A DNA stretch of 64,000 nt from Chiloscyllium plagiosum (Eukaryota): assembly GCF_004010195.1 (NCBI RefSeq), contig NC_057719.1:77578373-77642372 (forward strand). Direction: 5' to 3'. The stretch's first letter is position 1. The number at the start of each line of letters is the position of its first letter. The position numbers were made by a program, and so were the translations under genes. Positions 12,829 to 24,199 of this stretch are shown here, piece after piece. The notes below the pieces were generated by a model. It made no database searches, was not told the origin of the DNA, and saw only the letters and a program-made list of their open reading frames with translations.

Positions 12829-14471
12829 TGTAGCAAGGGATGGAAATGAAGGCTGTACATCACTCTCACATCCTAAGAGCATATAAAGGCAACTAGGACA
12901 GTAATAATTTGTGCAAGAAAAATTTCTTTCCAACAGCATGAGTTCCATTGATAATTTTGCCATCTGGATGAACTTGGTACAAAGGAAGTGTAAGGGAGCT
13001 TCCTATCAGACCTGGGAATCTATCTAAGTGACCCCACAAATTCAAGCTGATGGTACTTGTTGGTACCAGCCACAGGCTAATTCCTCTGATCCCTAACATT
13101 AGACTCTGCAATATTGAACAAATTGTTTCACTTCTGAGGCCAGTCAGTAAGTCCCCTCTTTTTGATCGTAGCCTAGTGTTCAGTGACATATTCAACACTG
13201 GGAGAGATTCACTGTCAATTTGTGTCAGTTTTCTTCACTCCCTTTGTCAAAAATAGTCACATGAGACTCAGGAGAGATCAAATAGTTCCTTGTTCTATAC
13301 ACCCACACACGGATGAACTTTTATTTAACCCTGACAATATATTCTGTCATAGTTCTTCATCTTGATCTACCAGGAAACCCTTAGGCTGATGCTTCACCAC
13401 CAGTGTCAATGCTAACACGTCAGGTATACCATAGAGCTATTGGCAATATAGCAATTATTTTAAAAAGCCCAAAGTTTTGACAATTATATTCAATTTTGAT
13501 TATGGTGTAAGTTGCATTCTGTCTGATGACTTCTGCCTACATTCAGGAAGATCAAATTAAAATGTTTCTCAGTTGGACATTTGTTCCCAGGGCATGCAAC
13601 CAGAAGTAACATATCATAACTTTATGAACGTGGGTGACATCAAGCTTTTTCATGTTTTGACGAAACACCTGAGGCAATTTGTTTTGAAGGAGGTTTCTAT
13701 TACACTGGAGTCATTGGATGTGTTTTTTTTCAAAACCTCATTGAAAGAAAGTCAATATATCAAATGGTCAGCTGAAGAGGTAAAGCTCCGTTAAACCATT
13801 GTGCAGAGTTACAGATTCACCTGCTTTAATGGTGATGGACAGAATGGTGAATCACAGAGTCTTTAGGGAATTCAAGCAGTAGGTTGATTTATGATGAACA
13901 CCGTTGCCATGATGTAATTAACCACAAGGATTTTTGTGCTTGTCACAAAAAGAAGCAGCATTGTAGAGGCTGTGGCTGCCACCATCATTCAGCACTCGAG
14001 AAAACCTTTTATAATCTTCAAATTTATGCAAATTTATTCAACTTTGGAGTTTGTGTACTGCTGCTCAAACTTTCATTCGTTTTTTTTTGCTTCTGGATTT
14101 AGTTCCTTCAATGCTCTTTGCTACCACCTTTGGAACTCCATATTTGTCTAAATCTTCACTGCCTAAGTATTGTTTTGCATGAGGTTTTGCTCATTCTTCA
14201 CTCCCGTTCTGTCCAACATCCATTTCACTCCCTTCTAGCAACAAAATCAAACACATTCAAAATCTTTGTACTCATCTCCAAATCATTCTGTGGCCTCCTC
14301 CTGCCCGCTCCCCCCCTCCCCCACCCCCGCCCCTCCCCAAAGAATGTTGTCAGAATGAAATAAATATTTCATTCAACTGTACAATCCCTTATAACACAAA
14401 AGCATTCAAATTCATTTATGGTTCAAGTTCAAAGATTCTTTGACTACTTGGACCTGTTAATGAAATTTTCG

Positions 14472-15044
14472 AGGAGAAAGTGAGGTCTGCAGATGCTGGA
14501 GATCAAAGTTGAAACTTTATTGCTGGAACAGCACAGCAGGTCAGGCAGCATCCAGGGAACAGGAGATTCGACGTTTCGGGCACAGGCCCTTCTTCAGGAA
14601 TGAGCAGAGAGTGTTCAGCAGGAGAAGATAAAAGGTAGGGAGGAGGGACTTGGAGGAGGGGAGTTGGAAATGTGATAGGTGGAAAGAGGTCAAGGTGAGG
14701 GTGATAGGTCGGAGTAGGGTGGAGGCGGAGAGGTCAAGAAGAAGACTGCAGGTCAGGAAGGCGGTGCCGGGCTGGAAGGATCCGGCTGAGACAAGGTGGG
14801 GGGAGGGGGGATGAAGAAACTGGTGAAGTCCAAGTTCATCCCCTGCGGTTGGAGGGTTCCCAGTCGGAAGATAAGACGCTCCTCCTCCGACCGTCGGGTT
14901 GTTGTGGTTTGGCGGTGGATGAGTCCAATGACCTGCATATCCTCGGTGGAGTGGGAGGGGGAGTTGAAATGCTGTGCCACAGGTTGGTTGGGTTGGTTCG
15001 TCCGGGTGGCCCAGAGGTGCTCCCTGAATCGCTCCGCAAGTAGG
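14472..15044 (-). mobile_element. Penelope-like retroelement 3' fragment: GIY-YIG endonuclease C-terminus plus pLTR
   Basis: LLAERFREHLWATRTNQPNQPVAQHFNSPSHSTEDMQVIGLIH...EERLIFRLGTLQPQGMN followed by a pLTR that is identical over 130 bp to 49581-49710. Confidence 0.9.
14566..14601 (-). ncRNA. Minimal type-I hammerhead-ribozyme-like motif in the PLE pLTR
   Basis: AUUC-CUGAAGA-A-GGGC(CUGU)GCCC-GAAA-CG-UC-GAAU: 4-bp stem I, conserved core, 4-bp stem II, stem III reduced to the palindrome ACGU. Confidence 0.7.
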
Positions 15045-15553
15045 AATTGTCAAATGGGAAGTACCTTACTGTGCTAATGGATGATTGTGAAATCAATCAG
15101 GCAGCAGTAATCAAAACCCTCAGGCTTATGTTAACAGACAAAGTGAAATCAGAAGCAGTTAATTTTTTTAACACTTCAGACACTTTTAAAAATGATTAAA
15201 GACCTGGAAAACTTGACAGCTTGCTTTGAGAGTTGCTTTTGACAAGACATCTTGGCACGTCCAACAGCGCCCCTTGGCAGGTCCTCTTGAGATTTTTGAC
15301 CAACCTTCTTAATAGGTATTTTTGACACTGATAGGTCTGCTGACATTTCAAATGAGCTTTACAAATAATGTGTGTTTGAATTTAAATGCAAGTGCTTCTA
15401 CATTTAACCGTGCCAAAGTGCGCACTACCTCCTGAAAAAGGCAACTAACTTTCCCCCAAACATCACCTGACCACCACCAAAGGTGTCCAGGAATTACTTT
15501 GAAAGGGATACATTACCTCTCCAAAGAAATGCACAAAGTTCAGTCCTGTTCTT

Positions 15554-15632
15554 ATCCTGATGAAGGGCTTATGCCTGAAACGTTGATTCTCCTGCTCCTC
15601 AGATGCTGCCTGACTGGCTGTGCTTTTCCACT
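15554..15632 (+). mobile_element. Penelope pLTR fragment starting at the hammerhead-like motif
   Basis: atcctgatgaagggcttatgcctgaaacgttgattctcctgctcctcagatgctgcctgac. Confidence 0.85.
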
Positions 15633-16479
15633 CTGGGCTGTTTGGGTTTTACACTAATGGTAAATTAAGATCACACTGGTGGTACTAGCTGATGATTTAA
15701 ATGGCCAGATGCCTCTATCAACCAAGCACGCGTGAATACAAACCTTACTCATTTCTGCTCCACAAAAAGAGGAAATGCTGTGCCTAGGGTGAAACCACTG
15801 ATTTCCAGGCTCCAATGCCATTTTCCTAATTCGATACAGCCGCTGCATTGTGATGAAAATCCAGGCTGACATTGTTTGATTATTTTATAGGCTTTGCCAA
15901 ACTCAGCACACTGTAATTTCAGACTGGCTACATCTGTATAGTTATTGGTTTTATTAGAATCATGTCCAAGATTAGATGACAAAGGGGAAGCTGCAGAATT
16001 TGGCAGTGCCTCCTTCTCATTCATTGTTATGCTGTCAACTTCATTTTTGTTCATAGTACAAATCTCAAATGTATTCATATCTGGAAAGAAATTAAGCATG
16101 ATCAGCATTATTTAATTATGACTTGAAGTCAAATTATTTTACAACCTTACTTTGCATAAAGCAATCAATGGTACAGTGCAATGATATAGTATCCCATTGT
16201 GATACAAAATAGCAGATTTAACATTTCCAACTATTATCAACAGTCATTTTACAACCCATTTATCTTTGTGTTGAAGTGCAAAGGAAACAATATTTTCCAC
16301 AAGCCGGAGGGAAAATTAAAGAGCAAGTCAATCCTAGCTACTCATTCCCATTTCTTAGCAAACAGTGTGGAATTCAAGTTAGGATCTAAGAGGTGAACAT
16401 GAGCAGAGTTAGAGAGGCCAGCTGTACAATGTGTTATTTGTGGGAGGAGAGTGGAAGAGACTAGGGTGAGAATCCATGT

Positions 16480-16644
16480 GTCAACTTTGGCTCAGTAGGA
16501 GGATTCCAGTGACTGAGTCAGAAGCCTGACAGTTTAGGTGCTATCCCAGAAACATCCATTTGACATCTAGGCTATACTGTCCTCTTAATGAGATACTGCT
16601 ATCTCAGATGGAGGTGAAAATTCTTAAAAGTAAAGAATAGCAGA
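16480..16644 (+). mobile_element. Old DeuSINE-like SINE, 5' half, split by the Gypsy insertion
   Basis: tggctcagtagg..ctgagtcagaag head; continues after the Gypsy at 23094-23220 (tgtgggccttgctgtacacagattggctg). Confidence 0.5.
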
Positions 16645-16766
16645 TGAAATAACTCCACAGAAGCCATATCACCTAGTCACCATTTATTTACACAAGGAGT
16701 GTCCTTAACACTGATCCAGCTCCCTCAGAGCTAGATCTCAGAGTGAACAGGATGACTGACACTCCT

Positions 16767-17025
16767 TTCTTTTATACATACTTTGCTTTCTCTCCTGGTT
16801 ATTTTTTAAACCCCCACACTGCCACCAGACAGCAATAGTGCTTATGTTTTCCCCAGCACCCATGTCGTGTGTGTGCAGTGTAGGACACAGTGAAGAAACG
16901 ACGGGTGCAGAAAACTTTATTTATATCCCACCACCAGGAAGAAAGGAAACACCCAAGTGGCCAGTGACAAGCAATGTCCTTCTCATTGAAAGGCAATGAC
17001 TAAGTGAACAAAAAGTGAAAGGGGG
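16767..17025. mobile_element. Unclassified ~260-bp insertion in the Gypsy 3' LTR
   Basis: Flanked by duplicated gacactcct (16758-16766, 17026-17034); absent from the other LTR copies. Confidence 0.65.
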
Positions 17026-17289
17026 GACACTCCTGTTTTTATCTGTCAGCCAGGGCTTCCTTATTGGACAAGGTTAACAGCCCCAGTCAGGGAATTCATA
17101 TTCTATGAGATCCACCAGGCTGACTTTGTAACAATCAAAACCCCTCTGAATCTGAGGACATAAGCTGGTTGGTTTTTCTCGTAGCTCCTTGTAGCGCATT
17201 TTAGCATTGGTCAGGTTCCTCAAACTCTACCTTTGATACGGCAGTGTGTAAATTCACACTGGTGCATCTCAGAGTAAATTCATTCTTTC

Positions 17290-20200
17290 TTCAGGTGCAC
17301 GTTGGTAAGGCTGTGGCATCTTCCGAAACCATCTCAGACTCCAAGGTATCTTTGACACTTGATGGAGAAGGAGAACCTATGGGCTCCGGAAAAGTCAGAA
17401 AGGGAGTTGAGGGGTCAGGCACACTTTGCTCCTGCACAGTTTGCAAGTTTGTGGCTTTCATGTCATCCATGTGCTTGTTCAGGACCATCGGACCTACCCA
17501 GACATTATACATCATTGGACCTGACCTTGCACCGACCATTCCTCTTAGCTGTGCAGAGCTATTCCTATGGTTCCTACAGTAAACTTCATTCCCTGAAGTA
17601 AACTGTCTCTCTCACTTAGTGGAATCTTGTGTCCTGATGCCATTTCGACCCTCTCCCCCTGCTCCCCGTCCCCCCACCAGATCCAGGAAGATCAAATTTA
17701 ATCTGGTGCAGAGTCTCCTCCCCATTAGTAACTCTCCTGGAGCTATTCCTGGAGTTGCAGGAGCAGTGGTCCGATAATCAAATAGGAACCAGAACAGTTT
17801 GCTATCTAGTGAAGCTGTAGGCTGTATCTTTAAGTCTGCCTTCAAAGTTTGGACTGCTTTTTCAGTTAGACCATTGGATGGTAGATGGTATGGACCTGTC
17901 TTTAATCTGACAAATATCATTTCATGTTAGGAAATACTCAAATTTTCTGCTGCTAAATGATGGCCCATTATCCATGACTAATACTTCCAGGACTCCATGT
18001 CTTGCAAAAATTGCAGTTTTTCTATCGTTATCCTTGTATTTGATGAATGAGCTCTATGCACCTCCAGCCATTTTGAATGGCCATCCATAATGATGAAAAA
18101 CATTGAGACAATGAAAGGATGAGCATAGCTACATAGCGACTAAGTCCAAGTTTACCTGGCCACTCCCATAAATGTGGGGAGCTGCTGGGGGTAATGTTTG
18201 TCCTTGTTGACACTATGGGAATTCCCCACCAATGCAAAAATGTCTGCATCCAATTCTGGCCACCAGACAAAATGTCTTGCCAATGTCTTACAATATCTTC
18301 ATTTTGGAAACCCCAGGATGACCCTGGTGGAGTTCAGCCAATATCTGGAGGCAACCTTTGCTCAGGACTATCACTCTTGCTCCCCATATTAAAATACCTC
18401 CTCTACAGTGGTTTGGTCTCTCAGAGTCCAAAAAACTTTCTATTCTGGTCATGATAGCCCTTTGGTTTCTCCATCACCACTAGCTATTTCAGTTTTGCAA
18501 GGACCTGATCTTTCTGTGTCCTAAATCGGATATTGTCAGCTGTGACTGGAAGTGTGTTCAGTAAGTTTTCAACCATTGTGGATTCTTCCACCAGTAGTGT
18601 GTATCTGCCAGTGAAAGGTAGCTCAATGCACTCACGTTTGCTACTTGGCCTCCTGGCCAGTGTTCCAACTTGTAATTGTATGTACTTAGTATTACAACCC
18701 ACTGCTGAATTTGACCTGAAGCTATGGGTGACACAACCTTGACTTCTTTAAGTAGACCTAACAGGGATTTCTGGTCTGTATTTATTACAAATTTACATCC
18801 GTAAAGGTACTTGCAGAACTGCCTACCCCCAGATATGACCGCCAAACTTTCCTTCCCTATCTGGACAGGTTAATGTTCTGCATTAGCTGAAGTCCTGGAT
18901 ACATATGCTATTGGGCTTTCTTCTCCATTGGGCCATCTATGAGCTAATACTCCTGATACTGTATGGGAAGGCATCGCATGTCAATACCAGATCTCGCCTG
19001 GTGTCACTGTGTGCCAATACCGTTGAAGATGATAAATGTTTCTTCACCTCCCTGAAGGCTATGGTTAGCTAAACAAACATTTCCAAGGCTGACTCTTTAA
19101 GAGTTGATGCAAAGATGCCAGTGTGGAGGCCAGGTTATGTATGAACCTTCTGTAATTGTTCACCAGCCCAAGGAAGCACCTAAGCTCCTGTACATCTTTG
19201 ATCACGTTCCCTTTATCTTCCACCGGGTGTAACCTGGTCTTGTTGACACTGTAGACCGAATGGGTCACTTGGGGTGACTGAAACACACATTTTTCCCTTC
19301 TAGGTCTTTACCTGCCTGGGAGAAACATATAAAAGCTATGTCCAAGCTTTCTAAGTGCTCCTTAATGGTCTTCCTAGTTACTAGTCCATCTAGACCTGGT
19401 GTAGATCTTGTAAAATGTTCTCCACTGTCCACTGAAACATTATACAGCCGACAATACCCCAACTGACAGTCTTGTATATCGGTACAGCTCTTATGGGTAA
19501 TAATTAGAGCAATGTTCTAGGACTCCTCATCCAGTTACAATTGCAGGTATGCATGGCTTATGTGCAGCTTTGTGCAGGGCAGCCCTACCCCCTCTGCCAG
19601 CTTTGTGTATCAATCCTGCATGCAAGGGATTGGGTATTTATCCAGCTATAAAAAGAATTTTACTGTTTAAAATCTCCACAAAGGCAAACCAACTAGTCAG
19701 GTTTCACAATTGGTACAACCGGTGCTGCCCATTCCGCAAACTGAACTGGTTTAATGGTTCCTTCACTTTCCAGCCTCCCTGACTTCTGCCTCTACTTTTG
19801 CCCATTAGGCAAATGGCACTGGGTGGGCCTTGCCGAATCATGGAATGGCTTCCTGGTCAACACACAAGGTGGCCTTGGCTCATTTGATAGTCCTCGACCT
19901 TCCTGACAAACTTCCAGATATTTAATTAGGACTTCACTCAGATAGCCATTTTCTAATTGAAAATGGTTGAGCCAATCTAGATGAATCTTTCTCAACCAGT
20001 TGTGCCCCATCAAGCTTAGGCCCAAGCTTTTTACTACAATCTGTGGTAACTGAACCAGCTGCTTTTCATAACAGACTAGAACCGAAGTTGTCCCCTTAAT
20101 CTGCAAAGGCTGTCCAGTAGAGGTTCAGTCTAGTGGAGGGTCTTGTGGAAACTTAAGGGTTGGAGTCCAGAACAAACTTTGCCAAAGTCTGGTTCTGCAA

Positions 20201-21264
20201 ACACTCAAACGGTGTGGATATCGACCCCCATTAGATCCGAGTGACCATTTAACGAGACATTTATTTTAATTAGTTCTGATTTGGATGTTGCTGAGCAATT
20301 TAACTGTTTCAAGCTTGATGTAGGTGGACTTTCCAGGGTGTGCACTCTCCTGGATACCAGCCTTTGAGCTCTCTTTCTCCATTTGGATATATTGGGACTA
20401 TTCAGCAGTCTGGAATCCACAGCAACTATGATGACTAGCCAGCCCCGATCCTGAAGCAAAGGTTAACGTTTAGTCAAGGCTTGGTTTTGTTTTGGGGTTT
20501 CCTTGTGGGCTGACCTTGAGTCGCTTTGTTCAGGGTATGTCCTGAGTGAGGCTATGCATTTGATTCCACACAAATGATAGTTTCCCAAGCTCAGTTGGAC
20601 TGGCAAAGGTGTCCAATTCCATTGGAATGCCCTGCAATTCATATGCTCCACTTGCCACATTTTCCAAAGATAAAGCCTATTTGAAGACCAGTTACAGTTC
20701 AGGTAGTAGGAGCTACTGTATGGTTCCATCATTAATCCCAATTACCAGACGGTGTCTCAACATCTCATTCGAGTTAAACCTAAGTCAAATGCCACTACCA
20801 GTCATCTTAACCTTGTCAAAAATCCCGATGCAGATTCCTCTGCTTCACAAATTGCCAAGTAAAACCGATAATGTCTTAGAATTAGAGGCTTTGGGTTGCA
20901 TTATTCCTTAACTCAAGCCATCAACTCTTGTTCAGCTTTCGTATCTGGGGCCTCAGGGAAGGTTAGGCTCCTAATAACCAAAAAAGCTGCAGGCCCACAA
21001 ACTTTCAGGAGAATTACTTGTTGCTTTTCTCTTTTCATCTGCCCCAGTGTCATTTGCCAGGGAAAAATAATGCATTCTTTCCGCATACTGGGCCGTGTCT
21101 TTGACAGGAACAAATCAAGGGGAGAAAGTGAGGACTGCAGATGCTGGAGTTCAGAGTTGAGAGTGTGGCGCTGGAAAAGCACAGCAGGTCTGGCAGCATC
21201 CGAGGAGCAGGAGATTCTCCTGCTCGACAGGAACAAATGAGTCAAGCTTCCCAAATAATGGCAT
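17290..21264 (-). pseudogene. Gypsy gag-pol, multiply frameshifted
   Basis: gag start MPLFGKLDSF; protease-like INVSLNGHSDLMGVD; RNase H DLVLTCDA and YLYGCKFVINTDQKSL; integrase zinc finger ELHQGHPGVSKMK..VWWP; core PYHLPSNGLTEKAVQTLK..DYRTT. Confidence 0.9.
21116..21225 (-). mobile_element. Penelope pLTR mini-insertion with short fold-back, inside Gypsy gag
   Basis: ggagaaagtgaggactgcagatgctggag...gagcaggaga-t-tctcctgctc; flanked by duplicated gacaggaacaaat (21103-21115, 21226-21238). Confidence 0.88.
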
Positions 21265-21329
21265 GAAGCCAGACATGCTTACCCCAACTCAAAGACAACC
21301 GTTGAGAGTGATTTTCTTCAAGCATTGAA

Positions 21330-22415
21330 GCATACAGCATAGAAGCAAACACTTCAGTCCAACTCGTCCATGCTGACAAGATATCTTAAATTAATCTAGT
21401 CCCATTTGCCAGAACTTACCCCATATCCCTCCAAACCCTTCCTATTCATATACCCATCCAGATGCCTTTTAAATGTTGTAATTAAACCAGCCTCCACCAC
21501 TTCCTCTGGCAGCTCATTCCATACATCCACCACCCTCTGCATGAAAAGCTTGCCCCTTAGGTCCCTTTTAAATCTGCCCCCCCCACCCCACCTTAAATCT
21601 ATTCCTCTAGTTTTGGATTCCCCCATCCCGGGGGAAATATCTTGACTATTCACCCTATCCATGTCCCTCATGATTTTATACGGTCACACCCCAGTCTCCA
21701 ACGCTTGAGGGAAAATAGCCCCAGACTGTTCAGTCTCTTTCTTTCTCTCAAACCCTCCAATCCTGGCAATATCCTGTAAGTTTTTTCTGAACACTTTCAA
21801 GTTTCACAACATCTATCTTTTAGCAAGGAGGAAAGTGTGGTGCTGGAAAAGCACAACCGATCAGGCAGCATCCGAGCAGCAGGAGAGTCGATGTTTCAAA
21901 CATCGAGGTTATGTTGCTTGAAGATGAAGAGAATAATGAAGAGCTTATGCTTGAAATGTCAACTCTTCAACTCCTCGGATGCTGCCTGGCTGGCTGTGCT
22001 TTTTCAGCACCACACTTTTCGACTCTGATCTCCAGCATGTGCAGTCCTCACTTTCTCCTATTAGCAGGGAGGCCAGACTTGATTGCAGTATTCAAAAAGT
22101 GGCCTAACCAATATCCTGTACAGCAGCAACATAACCTCCGACTCCTGTACTCAATGCACCAAATAATAAAGGGAGGTACATCAAACACCTTCTTCACTAC
22201 CCCGTCTACCTCCGACTCCACTTTCAAGAAACTATGAACCGGCAATCCAGGATCTCTTCTGGCAACACTCCCCAGGACCTTACCATTAAGTGAATAAGTC
22301 CTGCCCTGATTTGCCCTACCAAAATGTAGCAAATCACATTTATCTAGATTAAATTCTATCTGTCATGCCTCGGGCCACTGGCCCATCTGAGGTATCCTTC
22401 TTCTCTGTCACCATG
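21330..22415 (-). mobile_element. CR1/HER1-like LINE fragment inserted in the Gypsy 5' UTR
   Basis: MQRVVDVWNELPEEVVEAG..FKRHLDGYM and LHFGRANQGRTY; resumes at ~22806-22842. Confidence 0.9.
21832..22059. mobile_element. Fold-back (inverted) Penelope pLTR pair inside CR1
   Basis: Inverted arms aaagtgtggtgctggaaaagcac../..gtgctttttcagcaccacacttt; TSD-like ttagca(a/g)ggagg on both sides. Confidence 0.85.
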
Positions 22416-22425
22416 CCTCCAAGTC

Positions 22426-22806
22426 ACCTCCTTGAAAGTGGAGTCGCACATAGATAGGATAGTGAAGAACGCGTTTGGTATGCTTTCCTTTATTGGTCAG
22501 AGTATTGAGTACAGAAGTTGGGAGGTCATGTTGCAGCTGTACAGGACATTGGTTAGGCCACTGTTGGAATATTGTGTGCAATTCTGGTCTCCGTCCTATT
22601 GGAAAGATGTTGTGAAACTTGAAAGGGTTCAGAAAACATTTACAAGGATGTTGCCAGGGTTGGAAGATCTGAGCTACAGGGAGAGGCTGAACAGGCTGGG
22701 GCTGTTTTCCCTGGAACATCAGATGCTGAGNNNNNNNNNNNNNNGTCGGCATGGACGGATTGGACCGAAGGGTCTGTTTCCATGCTGTACATCTCTATGA
22801 CTCTAT
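22426..22806 (+). mobile_element. CR1/HER1-like fragment nested in the opposite orientation (spans a 14-N gap)
   Basis: KVESHIDRIVKNAFGML..LYRTLVRPLLEYCVQFWSP; tail ctctatgactcta. Confidence 0.88.
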
Positions 22807-22872
22807 TTGCAAACTTACTAACCATTCCTCCTATATTCACATCGAAAAAGCACGTTTTTCTCTCAGCACCAC

Positions 22873-23093
22873 TGAAATATTTCCTGAGGCTGATATCCCA
22901 TCACCAAGTCATCCTTTATTTACATGTAGAGAGTCCTTGACACTGATCCAGCTCCCTCAGAGGGAGCAGAACCTCTGACACTCCTGTTTATATCTGTCAG
23001 CCTGGGCTCCCTGATTGGCCCAGACTAATAACCTCATTCAGAAAACTCATATTCTATGAGGTCCACCTGGCTGACCTCACTACAATCACTCCA
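22873..23093 (-). repeat. Gypsy family 1 5' LTR
   Basis: TG(gagtgattg)...(tattt)CA on the minus strand; homologous to 5680-5898, 16645-17140 and 50976-51192. Confidence 0.88.
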
Positions 23094-23444
23094 GCAGAGA
23101 GCGCTTCTCAATATCTCAGTAAATATCCTGAAATAATGCCAAACAAAATAAATTATTTGATTATTATCTTCTAAATGTGGGCCTTGCTGTACACAGATTG
23201 GCTGATGCATTTGTTATATGAAACCAAAATTAGAGCAGTTGTGTTTCATTTTTGGGAAGTGAAGAAAGACAAAGAGCCCAAGGGCAATGTTGGTGGGGGG
23301 AGAGGGGGATGCAAAGTATTAAGAGAACAAGGAACTGGAAACTCAGGGTCACACTTTAGGATTGAATGGAGGTGCTATGCAAAGATCATGCAGATAGTAT
23401 CTGATTTCTTTGAGAGGTTATTGGTGGATTGGGTCCATGAGTAG

Positions 23445-23600
23445 AATAAAATAGAATAGAGATCCTTTATTGTCACATGTGCACCAGCACAGAAGGGCAG
23501 GAGTAGAGTGAAATGTTTTACAATGTCATCTTTTATGGTGCCATCTTATGTACAAGTGCCTAGGTACAATTCTTAGATATAAAAGAGGAATAAAAAGAAA
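23445..23600 (-). mobile_element. 3' tail of the same retroposon family as 12140-12828
   Basis: ctttattgtcacatgt..gtgaaa..atggtgccatctta..taggtaca is the reverse complement of 12720-12805. Confidence 0.6.
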
Positions 23601-24080
23601 AGTAGTTTCATTACTTTACAGTGTTTAAAGAATAAGTTTGAAATAAAATGTAGTCAAAGGATTGACATTACAGTCAGATTTTAAAAAATCCAAATAAATG
23701 TTACATTGCAGCAGCTCAGCGCAGGGACTTCCCAATGTGGTCTGACCACAGTTGAAGTGTGGTCCAAGATTTCAGAATACTGAAAGGGGAATGAAGGAGA
23801 AGGTATGTCATATGGCATCATCGCATGAAGTGGTGGAGGATTACCTTTCAAGGAGGGCTATGCTCACCAGATGAAATAATTTCTGTCTTTCAATTCCACT
23901 AATCTTCAATAATATCAGCCTGTCACCTTCCATACCAAAGGAAATCCAAGAATAGTATTAGTTAGATTCTGTTTCAGTCAAGGAATGACTACCTTAAAAT
24001 CATAGTGGAGTAATAATTCCTACCCTACCTGTACACATCACATCCATGATGTGTGGCACCACAACCTTGTCAAATAGAAT

Positions 24081-24198
24081 AGGCTTATGCCCGAAACGTC
24101 GATTCTCCTGTTCCCTGGATGCTGCCTGACCTGCTGTGCTTTTCCAGCAACACATTTTCAGCTCTGATCTCCAGCATCTGCAGACCTCACTTTCTCCT
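24081..24198 (+). mobile_element. Penelope pLTR fragment truncated within the hammerhead stem II
   Basis: ggcttatgcccgaaacgtcgattctcctgttccctggatgctgcc...cctcactttctcct. Confidence 0.88.
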
Positions 24199-24199
24199 A

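Larger units (their letters stand above)
16645..23093 (-). mobile_element. Full-length decayed Ty3/Gypsy LTR retrotransposon (family 1) with nested insertions
   Basis: LTRs at 16645-~17140 and 22873-23093; PBS-like tggtg.. at ~22862-22871; gag-PR-RT-RH-INT order; 5-bp TSD GCAGA at 16640-16644 and 23094-23098. Confidence 0.88.
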
